DNA of 64,000 nucleotides from the human T2T-CHM13v2.0 reference genome, Homo sapiens (GCF_009914755.1 NC_060930.1); one strand, 5' to 3'. Positions 33,344-48,370 are shown, numbered from the stretch's first letter. Notes: a model not told the origin generated them from the sequence alone. Program-made: numbers and translations.

Positions 33344-35099
33344 ATACGCTTTTTAAAGTAGGAAATTATAGACAAATATATATGATATCCTAGTTTTGTT
33401 ATTTTTTTAAAGGAGGAGTTTGCGTGTGTATAAACATACATACAAAAAAGACTGAAAGTTTCCACACTGAACACAGCAAGCTCTGTGTAGTAAGGTTGGG
33501 GATGGTGAACACTGAAGAGAGCGCGTTTACTTAATTATAAATTTGTTTTTCTTTTATGTACCACAATGAGCCTGTGTTACTTTTATAATTAGAAATAATG
33601 AAGTAAGTTTTCAAAGACACTGTAATTCCTTCTCCAGGAAGCTTTGTCTGCTACTGCTGTCAAGCTGATGTACTTGCCCTCCTGGCGCTCCCCCCTTTTC
33701 TGCCACACAATCCCACTGTTGCTAAGGATGAAGGCGCTGTGTTCATCTTTAAGTCCTCTGTGGCTAACAGAATACTTAGCACAAAATACTTGTACTATAT
33801 GTTTGTTGAATGAATGGATAAACTAAAGGATTTATTTAATGTCATTAATATTTATTAAGTAGCTCCAAAGGTGATGTGCTTGAGTCTAGACCCTTGGTAC
33901 CCTGATACCAATAGGTCAAATAGCTATTTAACCTTTAGATCTACATTTTTATTCATCTAGATCATTTAACCTCGCTAAACATGGTATTCTTAATTTTTCA
34001 CAATTTTTAAAAGGAGCTCATCTAGTATCTGGTTTTGTGGGAGATGGGGGTTAAGGTTTTTTTCTTTCCAAAAGAATTGCATGCAACAAAGTGGAGAAAA
34101 TGTGCGGTTTTATGCCTCTGTAGGTTTCAAATATTAAGCTAAATTGTCTTGCATAAATGAGAAGAGTAAGATAGCTGAATCAGCCCCAAATCTTTTACCT
34201 AATGTTAGTATCACAAATGGATGCAATTATAATTGCGGGCAGAAATGAATCATTCCAAAAGTAGGTTTGTGCAGCCACTTCTTTATATTAATAATATGCA
34301 CTTAGGATGGCTTAAAGCAGCCATGCTTTTATTGGGATAGTCTCTAGAAGCAGAAATCTGTTATTTGCTGATATCTGTAAAAAGTTAATTTTCAGAGTTT
34401 TGAATCAATATATTTTGACTATACCACACACATACACATAATTTGAACTGGTGCTTCAGACTTCATTATTTCCTAAATAACATTAACTCTACAAAAACAG
34501 AGTCACTTAAACAGCCAATAGTGTGTAACCACAAGTTTTAGCAACAAAAACCAAGGGCTCCCCAGAGAACCGGAAGCACGTGTTTCAGTATAATGCTTTC
34601 CAGCTATTCCTGGAAAGTTGGCACCCTGGGCCATTCACAAACTTTTTTTGAGTGCCCACCTGTCGGGAGCAGGGACGTGGCCCTCCTAGGCACCGGGCAC
34701 ATAAGCTGGTGGACTGGTTGACCCCGAGCTCTCTAGAGCTCACCAAAGTGAGCATCCAGAGCCCCAAATGCTGGCCCAAATGAAGGGCTGCTGTGATGCT
34801 GCTGATCCCTGCTGTAATTTTTTTTTCTTCCTCTGTTGCGGTAAATCACGACTTCAGCACTTTGGCTGAAGTGTCGCGTTCAGCACAGAGGTGGAAGTAA
34901 GAGGCAGAAAACAGAAGAACCACGAGAGAAATGGATCCTGTCTATTAAGGCAACGTGATGCAGCGCTAAAAGGTTAGGAGGTTACGATTCCCGGGGCTAA
35001 GAGAAATAAACTGCTGGTGGTGAACGAAAGGGGTGCTGGAGCGCAGCGATCTCGAACCTTTCCCTTATAGCCAAACCCTGGCCAAGGCCACAAATTTCA

Positions 35100-38000
35100 A
35101 ATCGCCTGAAAACCAAACTGTCTGGCGCTTAACGGTTACCTCGGCTGAGCGAAACCCTTGGCTGCTGCTGATTTAACTACAGGTCCGCGCGAGTTACTTT
35201 CCAGGGAACTGAATTCAGAACAAAGAGTTACCGAAGCCTTACTCCCTCTCCAAAATTAGAATTCCCTTTTTCTCTTAGTCATATAGGAAACACACAGTTC
35301 ACAAGTCCTGTGGTGCAAAGGTGTGAACCCTGGCCCAGGGAGGTGGTGACTCTCCCCGCCCTCCGCCTGCCGGTTGTCCTGCTTCCGAAAGCAACCCACG
35401 ACGGTCCCGCAGGGTGAGGGTTCCCTGGGATCAGTTCCCTGGGATCCGGAGAACGCCACGCGGAGTCTCCCTGCAGGGTGAGGGGCCCCGGGTTCCCGCC
35501 CCCTCCCCCTCTACTCTCCCATTCTGCGAGCGCAGCCAGCCTCCCCTCCCACGCTTCGGGAAGCGTCGCCCCCGAGCTCCTCGGTTCCTGGTGGTGGCTA
35601 CTCGTGTTAGTGACTTCGTTTCTGCGCGTTTGCTTATTTTCATCTTTGCCTCAGTTCGAATGTGTCCCCGCCACCAGGCCCCGCTGCTGGGCGAGACCAC
35701 TGAACCCCCTGAAAGCTTCCCCGGAGCCGCGCGCATAATCCCGGGACCCTCTCTGGAAGGCGTGCGGAGAGCGGTGCGCGTGGCCTGGCACCGGAAGGAG
35801 CCAGCTTCCGGGCTCCGAGGCACCCCCTGGACAGCGCCCCGGGCCGCGGGTTCCTCCTCCGATGCCCGGGCGTCGTCGCCGGGATCGGGAGCTTCGGGGG
35901 CCCGCCGGCACCGACGGTTTTCGCTTCCCTGGCGGGCAGCTGGACGAGGTCCCGCCGCTGCACCGGGAGGGACAGTGGGTGGAAAAAGCCGCTGCAGCGC
36001 CGGGGCGAGGGGGCTGGGGGCGCCGTCACTTGTTGCGACCAATAAACGGCGCTCGATCCTGATGCGCTGTTTCTAAAATCTTTAGCTGTGTCCCGATCCC
36101 TCCAACCCAAGCCCCTCGGCCAGGAGGAAGGGGCAAGCGAGAGCCGCTGGCTCTGTGGGGGGAGAGGGGCGCCGCGCCCCAAGAGCCCCCGTCCCGCCCT
36201 GCGGCAGCCGCCCCGGGGCGCCCAGCCGCCCGCTTCCCTCCGCAGAGCGTCTTCCCTGACGGTGAAACCGCGCGGGACACAACCCACCGCGGCTCATCAC
36301 CCACTTACAAATAGCTGTCGCTAGGATTCCCGCCACTCCTCTCAGACCGGCCCCCCCGCCACCTCTGCCACTTTTCGGAGTCCCCCGCCCTCGTCACTGC
36401 CTCCCCGGAGCTGCGGGGCAGTCGGACGCAGAGCTGCCTAACCGCAAGAACGCCTGGCCGGAGCTGCCCTCTGCAGCCGAGCCGGCGCCCCCTGCCCTTC
36501 GCCGCCGCGCTGGGCGGGCGCCCCCGCCGCCCTCACTCCGCTGCTCCCGGCTCCTCGCGCGCAGGTCGCGGAGCTCCGCCACCGCTGGGTGCGGCGAGGC
36601 CGGCGCGATGCGGCAGCTGTGCCGGGGCCGCGTGCTGGGCATCTCGGTGGCCATCGCGCACGGGGTCTTCTCGGGCTCCCTCAACATCTTGCTCAAGTTC
36701 CTCATCAGCCGCTACCAGTTCTCCTTCCTGACCCTGGTGCAGTGCCTGACCAGCTCCACCGCGGCGCTGAGCCTGGAGCTGCTGCGGCGCCTCGGGCTCA
36801 TCGCCGTGCCCCCCTTCGGTCTGAGCCTGGCGCGCTCCTTCGCGGGGGTCGCGGTGCTCTCCACGCTGCAGTCCAGCCTCACGCTCTGGTCCCTGCGCGG
36901 CCTCAGCCTGCCCATGTACGTGGTCTTCAAGCGCTGCCTGCCCCTGGTCACCATGCTCATCGGCGTCCTGGTGCTCAAGAACGGCGCGCCCTCGCCAGGG
37001 GTGCTGGCGGCGGTGCTCATCACCACCTGCGGCGCCGCCCTGGCAGGTGAGCGGGCCCCCGCGCCGACCCCCAGCCGACCCCACCCACCCCGCTCCGTCG
37101 GGCAGAGACCGCGGGGATCACTGAGTTCAACGACCTCACTTCCAGATGGGGAGACTGAGGCAGAGAGAGCCGGAGAGCTTTGAGAGTGGTCGCTCAGCTC
37201 GCAAAAGGGACTTCCGAGACCCAGAGAGCTCCCCAGCGCCCCACCAAGTCCCCCTGCCCCCTAATGTCCTGGCTTCCGACCCTCGCCCATGCTTCACCCG
37301 GCATCGCCCTTCCTGTCGCCCCCTCTCCTGGTCTTCCCCTGTCACCCCATTCTCCGGGAGAGGTGGGAGGGCCGCCTGAGCCTGGGAGCTGGAGTCCTCC
37401 AAGCCTGGACCAAGCCGGAAGGAGGGGGCCGTGAACTTCCTTGGGTCACGAGGGGCTGGAATGGAGGTGGGGGATGGGGGCGAAGCTGAGGGTTCCCGGG
37501 GCTACTGCGGGGTGTCTCGTGCTGCGCAGGGGGCTGCGGCCCTGGGGCAGACGACCCAGGTGCTGAGCGAGACGAGAGCCTGGGCAGGGGGAAGCTTCAC
37601 TGGGGGCCAGAACAGGCGTTCTCCCCCGCGCCTGGCCCGCTCCGGGTTGCAGGCCACTGGCTGGGGCTCCCTCTCCCTTTGGTGCCCCACGGGGCAGGGG
37701 CTCCGGGGTGCAGGTACCACGCGCCCAAGTGACCTCGGTGCCAGCTCGGGGAAGCCACAGCACCTGCCCCGAGGGCATCTGCGCTCTCCGGGGCCTTTGT
37801 CTTGGACAGAGGAAGATGGAGTGACCCGGGGATATGGCGGGAAGGCGCTCTGAGCACTGAGTTTGGCTGTCGCATTTGACACGGGTGGCCGAGGGACGGC
37901 GGGCGTCTGTCACTCAGGAATCCGGTGGGCAGAGCTGGGGCGCGAACCCAGTCTCCTTTCCTACCCGACGCGTTTTCCCCGTGGGTCCCCGCCCACGCCA

Positions 38001-38760
38001 ACCTGCTGTCTTCTCTCTTTTTCCTTCCCGCCCGGGCTCGGCCGTCCTCCTCGTGCGCCGCAGGAGCCGGCGACCTGACGGGCGACCCCATCGGGTACGT
38101 CACGGGAGTGCTGGCGGTGCTGGTGCACGCTGCCTACCTGGTGCTCATCCAGAAGGCCAGCGCAGACACCGAGCACGGGCCGCTCACCGCGCAGTACGTC
38201 ATCGCCGTCTCTGCCACCCCGCTGCTGGTCATCTGCTCCTTCGCCAGCACCGACTCCATCCACGCCTGGACCTTCCCGGGCTGGAAGGACCCGGCCATGG
38301 TCTGCATCTTCGTGGCCTGCATCCTGATCGGCTGCGCCATGAACTTCACCACGCTGCACTGCACCTACATCAATTCGGCCGTGACCACCAGCTTCGTGGG
38401 TGTGGTGAAGAGCATCGCCACCATCACGGTGGGCATGGTGGCCTTCAGCGACGTGGAGCCCACCTCTCTGTTCATTGCCGGCGTGGTGGTGAACACCCTG
38501 GGCTCTATCATTTACTGTGTGGCCAAGTTCATGGAGACCAGAAAGCAAAGCAACTACGAGGACCTGGAGGCCCAGCCTCGGGGAGAGGAGGCGCAGCTAA
38601 GTGGAGACCAGCTGCCGTTCGTGATGGAGGAGCTGCCCGGGGAGGGAGGAAATGGCCGGTCAGAAGGTGGGGAGGCAGCAGGTGGCCCCGCTCAGGAGAG
38701 CAGGCAAGAGGTCAGGGGCAGCCCCCGAGGAGTCCCGCTGGTGGCTGGGAGCTCTGAAGA
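35100..38760. promoter_or_regulatory. SLC35D3: CpG island spanning the SLC35D3 promoter, exon 1, intron and most of exon 2
   Basis: Abrupt switch to very high GC with dense CpG. Contains a CCAAT at 36039-36043, GC-box-like cccgccc motifs, and CRE half-sites (cgtca/tgacg) near 36024, 36257 and 36392. No TATA box seen. TSS probably near 36440 (inferred). Confidence 0.92.
36608..37046 (+). CDS. SLC35D3: SLC35D3 exon 1 CDS (nucleotide-sugar transporter family, N-terminal TM helices)
   Basis: ATG at 36608 gives MRQLCRGRVLGISVAIAHGVFSGSLNILLKFLIS...LSLPMYVVFKRCLP...LITTCGAALA. Donor CAG|GTGAGC at 37047. 439 nt, phase 1. Confidence 0.97.
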
Positions 38761-38875
38761 AGGGAGCAGGAGGTCGTTAAAAGATGCTTACCTCGAGGTA
38801 TGGAGGTTGGTTAGGGGAACCAGGTATATGAAGAAGGATTATTTGATAGAAAACGAGGAGTTACCCAGTCCTTGA
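38064..38875 (+). CDS. SLC35D3: SLC35D3 exon 2 CDS (C-terminal TM helices and cytosolic tail)
   Basis: Pyrimidine tract and cAG at 38062-38063. 812 nt; 439+812 = 1251 nt = 416 aa + stop. Contains the SLC35D-type motif NSAVTTSFVGVVK and ends ENEELPSP*. Confidence 0.97.
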
Positions 38876-39840
38876 GAAGGAGGTGCATGTACGTACCTAT
38901 GTGCATACACTTATTTTATATGTTAGAAATGACGTGTTTTAATGAGAGGCCTCCCCGTTTTATTCTTTGAGGAGTGGGGAAGGGAAGAAAAGAAAGAAGC
39001 TGAAAGGTACTGACACAGAGCAACAAAATTAGCACCTGTGTGAATTATTTAGTGTGACTTCACCTGAGGCATCACAGAGACAAAAGAATGTGAAGCTACT
39101 TAACAAAGTAAGGCAACGTTTCTGCTTCAGACTCCTGGCACATTTACTTTTTGTCATTATAACCATAACTAAATATCTGCATGTACCAAGAGTCCCTAAG
39201 CCACCCCCTCCAAAGATGGAGTGTAGAAATGATGACAGCACTTAGTAAGTTCAAAGATGACATTCAGGGATGCATTTTTTGATGATAGAACTACAGTTTT
39301 TATCGCCAGCTGGGCAAAGAGTATATTGCTGAAATGATATATAAATATATTGAATTGATGTTTACTGTTTATAGTCATCTGAAATATCATATTTACTCTG
39401 ATTCTACTCACTTGTTTTTTAAAAATAAGTGTCCTATTATTGTATTATATATTGATAGAAACTGTTAAAGCTATTTTGAAAATATGAGTTCTTAGCTTTA
39501 ATCATGAAGTCTGAAGTTTGCTTTCAGTAATTATTTTAAAAGTTGTTTTGGTTCATTGCTTTATAATATTTATTATTGAATGCCAAACCTGTTCTTTTTT
39601 TTACTGTGTCCAATATTCTTTCAAGCAAATGCAATGGCTGGAATATAATTCAGAATTAACTGAAACCCAGCCAGAAGAGGGACCACCTGTAAAGCAAGTC
39701 CTTTCAAGTTTCACTGCACATCCCAAACCATGTTACAAAAAGAGCAACTGCTATATTCACATTATGATATTTTTCTATCTTAAATTTGTCAAAATAAAGT
39801 ATGAGTCTAACTATTAAAGGATACATTGTTAGAAATTTAT
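38876..39840 (+). other. SLC35D3: SLC35D3 3' UTR (end approximate)
   Basis: Repeat-free AU-rich sequence running to AATAAA 39793-39798 and ATTAAA 39813-39818, followed by a GT-rich element at 39851-39885. Confidence 0.8.
39793..39818 (+). terminator. SLC35D3: SLC35D3 polyadenylation signals (AATAAA and ATTAAA)
   Basis: Two hexamers 20 nt apart with a downstream GU-rich element, tgttctattgttgctgtatagttgtttgtgtttg. Confidence 0.8.
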
Positions 39841-40014
39841 TTTAGACACATGTTCTATTGTTGCTGTATAGTTGTTTGTGTTTGCCTCCAATGTGTGGTC
39901 ATAGTATCCGAGTGTAGGGGCCGCACCATTGGAAACTTCCTAAATTAACAAAGCTGTTTGGTTTGAAATAACAACAAAAACAGAAATGCATCTTCCAGTG
40001 AAGGAAGCTGTTAA

Positions 40015-40445
<431 letters not shown>

Positions 40446-41151
40446 AATAAACAGAAAATGATAAAACACTCCATCGCACTGAGGTACGAAAGCCATCCAC
40501 ACCAGATTTCAGTTAACATGGAGTCTGAGAAGTAATAAATGGTCATGTCCACCAAGGAGGAAGCCTTCTGTGAGCTCTAGGCAGGAGAGATACTTTGAGA
40601 GTGAGGGGGCACTGAGATCTGCCAGCATGTTGCTGAGATTCTCAGATAGTAGCATCTTATATTTTTCTTTCTTTTCTAAAAATCAAATCAAAGCAAAAAG
40701 CAGAAGCAAAAATGAAGTTTCAGCTCCATCAGTTTGGCTCCACAAGCAGCTGAGCAAGTGTAATTGTGGTTTGTGATTGGCCCTGGTTTGCTGGTTTCCA
40801 CAGGCAATTGACTATTTCCAGAGGTGCCTCCACAAGCCATTTAAGATGCAGGAGACCTCACATACTGCAGTTAGAAATGGTTTGCCAGGGTTATGATGAC
40901 TTCTTCAAAAATAAGTGTTAATTTTAATGCTAACATGCCAAAGGGCAACATCGCGTTGCAACTATATAAAGCTGAGAATTAATGAAAAGCAGCAAAGTTG
41001 GATGAAGTATATATTTCTTGTGGCTATCACTGCCAGATAAGTGGAATGATTGTTTTTTACTGAAAAAAAAAATGTCCTTTGGTTAAAAATGTGAGTTTAC
41101 CTTTATAGCAAAAGGATTAACTCTTTCCTGTCAATGAACTTGTAGAGACGC

Positions 41152-41460
41152 TGTATTTGACTTCTCTAGAGAAACAGAACCCATAAGAGAGTGAGATTTT
41201 AAGTAAGTGGTAATGATGGGGCAGTCTGAAGTCTGTAGGCCATGCTGGCAGGTGGGAGACTCAGGCAGGGTTTCCATGTTGCAGTCTTGAGGCAGAATTG
41301 ATGTTGCTACTTCTGGAAACTTTGCTCTTTGGTCTGTAGGCCTTCAACTAATTGGATGACGCATCTTACAAATGTCTTTGCAGCAACATCTAAACTACTA
41401 TTTGACCAAACAGCTGGGTACCACAGCCTAGCCAAGTTGACACATAAAAGTAATCCTTCT
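41152..41460 (-). mobile_element. MLT2 (ERVL) LTR fragment
   Basis: ttctctagagaaacagaacc ... cctagccaagttgacacataaaa. Confidence 0.75.
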
Positions 41461-41884
41461 TCCACTGTCAGTAGTACTGGAGGCAATCCAAGACTCTGGT
41501 CCACCCTGACCAGAGTCAGGGCTCTGGTAGGGCCTTGCATCAAGCAGGCAGGGGCCTTCTGAGGAGCTCCAGGATATTCGCATGGGTGGGACTCCACTGG
41601 AAGTCACTCACCATTGTTGCTAGACTGATCCAGTCTTTGTCAGTCTACCCCATTCTGACAACTTGGATTCTCCCTTGTTTCTGAGATTACACCCCCACCT
41701 AGTGCCCAACTGGGCCCCTGCTTCGACAGCCTGTTCCTATATCAATTCTTCATGGCTGAGGCCCAGCCTCATGCTCACCTGTCACTTCCCAACTAGAATC
41801 TGTCTCTAAAACACAGCATGATGTCAGACAGACATTCTCAACGCTGGGCCTGTTGCTGGCCCCCTCCCACTAAATGCTGTCTAG

Positions 41885-43007
<1,123 letters not shown>

Positions 43008-43064
43008 CTAACAGCAATACTTCACGAAGACAAAAGTGGGTGAAACTCTTAAGTCCTTAACTGA

Positions 43065-44700
<1,636 letters not shown>

Positions 44701-45279
44701 AAGTCCTGGATGAAGACTTTTGAAAAGTCTGCTCAATTTCTCTAAAAACAGAAGTTGTGAAGGGAACCTAGACATTCCTAAGGAAGCTCCCAAGAGAAAA
44801 CAAAAGTGCCCAAATCTACTGGCCGTTCTTGTAACTCCCGCCTTTCCATACTGCATGTTGAGTGTTGGCCACTTCCGCATTCAGCCATGGTGACATATGC
44901 ATGTGGGTAACATTCAAATCCAAGTGCATTGTGAGCAAGAGTCCATGCATATTAAGATTGGCATGCCACGACAGCTGTAATTAGTATCAATTACCCCTTC
45001 TCCTTCTTGGAGTGCTTCACTTCTGCATAACACAAGTCTCTTCCACTTCTGGATTTTCTTTTACCATGTTTCAACCACCTTCTCTGACTCTTGTACTTTT
45101 CATGTTAATTTCCCAGTGATGACTGCTAGCCTGACTCATCTGTTGCCTTAGTCTCTAGAAACCATGTTAGATCTGCCAGGATGGACTTCATCACAGCATC
45201 TACTGAAACGGTATCCTCTCCCTGGCTATGTCCCCTCCTCCTTACATACAACACAGGTACTTCTAATTCTGAAATATTT

Positions 45280-45935
45280 CTCTCCCTGTCAGCTTTGTCC
45301 TGCTTCTAAGATAAAACAGTAGGGTTTGGAAGAGAGCCTGTGAGCAGAGCAGAGTATAACAGAATACCAGGACACACGACCCGTAAAATAGAATCCCAAA
45401 TCCCTCCTGGGAAACCATCCCCTTCCCACTCTGAGCTCAGGTGGTTCATATGGTGTTGACTCCATCCCTGCACCCTCAGAATGAGATTCCAGCCAATCCA
45501 AAGTAAGTCCTCCACTTGGCTACCAAGGTTAGTTCAGTGACAGTCATGGGACCTGGTCAGAGCCAGTGAGGTGCAAGGATGCTTTCAGCAAGACTTAATT
45601 AGGTTGCATTTTTTTTTCTCACTGGATTTGTACATAGGAGAATGGAGTAGGGTGAAGCAGAGGTGCTGTTGCCATCTTGCCACAAGGAAAAGATGTAACA
45701 GGAAGGAAACAACACAGAAAGGTGAATGGGGTGGAGTGTGGGTTTCTGGGGAGACTGAGTCTTAGTGATCTTAATTGGCCCTGGTATTAAGCTGACTTTC
45801 ACCCTGAGTTTGCACTTTTCCTCAGATTGTCAGTTACATAAAACAAAGTCTTTGTTGTTGTTGTTAATTGCTTAAGCCAGTTTGATTTGGGACTCCTGAT
45901 ACTTGCAACCCAAAGAGTCCCAAGTGACACAAACA
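45280..45935 (+). mobile_element. Old MLT1-family LTR fragment(s)
   Basis: 3' motif ttgcttaagccagtttg..ttggg...tg.tacttgcaaccc.aagagtcc.aa.tgacaca. Confidence 0.6.
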
Positions 45936-46289
45936 TAAATTAATGGCTCTTATCAAACAGGGTTGGGTAGAGGACCAAAAGAGAGTTATTGTTTGTTTGT
46001 TTTTGGTTCTGATTTTCTCCAGGGATGTGAGCGAAGCAGCACAAGCTGGCTCCCTGTTGTCCCTTGCGCCCAACTAGGGACTAGATAGGCCTCTTTGGTC
46101 TCTTGCAAATCACTGTCTAGCATGTACCACCCATAGTCCTAAATAACCCATGAGTTTACCTACTCTCTTCCTCTTCAATTTGCAAAAGTCAACTGATTCC
46201 TACGTTTATGCTTCACAAATTCACTGGAGATTGCAGAATATTATAAATTGCATACTACTATAAATAATATAATAATACCAGTAATACCC

Positions 46290-46545
46290 AGTGCTTATTA
46301 TTAGTATGCCTGCTATTTGCTAGGTTCAGTTCTAAATGTTTTATATTTACAAATTCATTTTATTCTCACAACACTGCTATATGTTGGTATGAATATTAGC
46401 CCAATCATTCAAGGGGTAAACTGAAGTATGGAGGGGCTACATAACTTGCCCTAGGTGTTATAGCTAGTAACTTGGAGGTCTGGGATTTGACGTGAACCCT
46501 GGTAGTCTGGCTTCAGGGCCCATGTTTCCCCACCGTGCCATTCTG
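46290..46545 (-). mobile_element. MIR SINE
   Basis: aaactgaag, aacttgccc.agg, ctgggatttga...gtctggcttcag. Confidence 0.75.
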
Positions 46546-46719
46546 CCTCTCAGTGAGAAGCATTCAGTCTGATATGGTAAAGCTGGAGGTGGAAGTGGCA
46601 GTAGGGAGTTCCAGGGCTTGTTAGTTGTGCAGCTCCATGAGGACCCTGGCTCTAGCATTCACTCCTTTCTGCTGTCCTCAGAAGGGAAGAGGATACAACG
46701 CTATTAGAAGCAACGTGTG

Positions 46720-46739
46720 GTGTGTGTGTGTGTGTGTGT
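46720..46739. repeat. (TG)n microsatellite
   Basis: Direct inspection. Confidence 0.85.
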
Positions 46740-47037
46740 AGTTTTCTGTTTGTGAGAGCTTAGGAACCAAGAAAGCAGTTGAGGGACCATAAACAGCAGA
46801 GTAGAGAAAGGTCTCAATTGTTATTATAACCAATAGCCCCAAGCTATCCAAACTTTGGGGTCAATATCTCCTTTAATATTCAAATAATATAACCTATTCC
46901 TTCACCTTACATAACCTTGGAAAGCACAGACCTGCACTAGCATTTCAAAGGCGTCCTTGAGCACCACTGCCCTATCTTAGCAGCATAGCTCAGAGCTGCT
47001 GGTTACTTCCTGCTCCAGGCTGTTGTGCTAATGATCA

Positions 47038-47440
<403 letters not shown>

Positions 47441-48129
47441 ATGGACTGATCATTTCTTGGTATCCTAAATTGTTTTTGCAGCCTGTTTTTCTTAACCTAC
47501 TCCTGCACTCCTGTTTTTACCCAAAGCATTGCAGAACAAAGCTGGCATTGGGATGCAGTTGACAAGATTTACTGAACGCTTGATGCCACCTACTATAAGG
47601 GCATCTCAATGTAGAAAAGGAAAACGTGAAAGCTAATGTCAGAAGTCCCTGCTTGGAGTTTCTCGGTCCTCCCTCCTTGGGCCCTTCCTGCTGCTGTGTG
47701 ACTGGGCCCTCTGTAAATCAGAACAGATTCTTTTTTCATAATTACTCTTACTCTAGACTCAAGGACCCAGTTCTTCATCTTCTCAAGAAGAAACCAGAAA
47801 GGCTAAACAGTGTTCTCTAAAACTAAAGAACAGACACTCTCCAACATAATTCTTTGTCACTTCCCAGAATGTGGAAAAGTCATTGTTATTAAAACATCAC
47901 CCCTTTTCCGTCCCACTATGCAAAACTCATATGCTGAGTGGAGACTTACCCTGGAAAATGTTACAACCAATGCAAAGTTGGTTGTCTGCCCATTTGTCAC
48001 CGCCCCCAACCCTCCACCCACCAATTCTTCCTTGCACTCAGAACTCCAGATTTATTCAGGTACAAGCAGCAATGGGAAGCGGAAGGGAAGGAACATGGAC
48101 AACATCCGTATCACTTGTTTAAAACTGCT

Positions 48130-48370
48130 CGTTGATGAAAAGTTTTGGAAATAGGTAGTAGTGATGGTTGTACAGCATTGTAGATGTAATTACTGCCACT
48201 GAATTGTACACTTAAAAATGGTTAAAATGACAAAATTTGTGTTACATATATTTTACCACAGTTAAAAATATTAATAATGTAATACTAAAATCTGTTGACT
48301 TGTACACTTTAAATGGATGAATTGTATGGTATGGGATTTATATCTTAATAAAGCCACTTAAAAAAAAAAG
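48130..48370 (+). mobile_element. L1M 3' UTR end (L1MB-like)
   Basis: gtgatggttgtacagcattgt...ccactgaattgtacacttaaaaatggttaaaatg...aataaag plus an A-run. Confidence 0.8.

Noticed and set aside
35256-36336. Long ORFs on both strands upstream of SLC35D3 (e.g. 220, 203 and 215 aa)
   Set aside because: GC-rich island lacking stop codons; low-complexity R/P/G/A products with no recognisable domain.
37925-38063. 316-aa ORF extending SLC35D3 exon 2 into the intron
   Set aside because: It starts at an intronic GTG and crosses the pyrimidine tract; the spliced 416-aa model explains the coding part.
36533-38548. Minus-strand ORFs mirroring the SLC35D3 exons
   Set aside because: Antisense shadows of a high-GC3 coding sequence.
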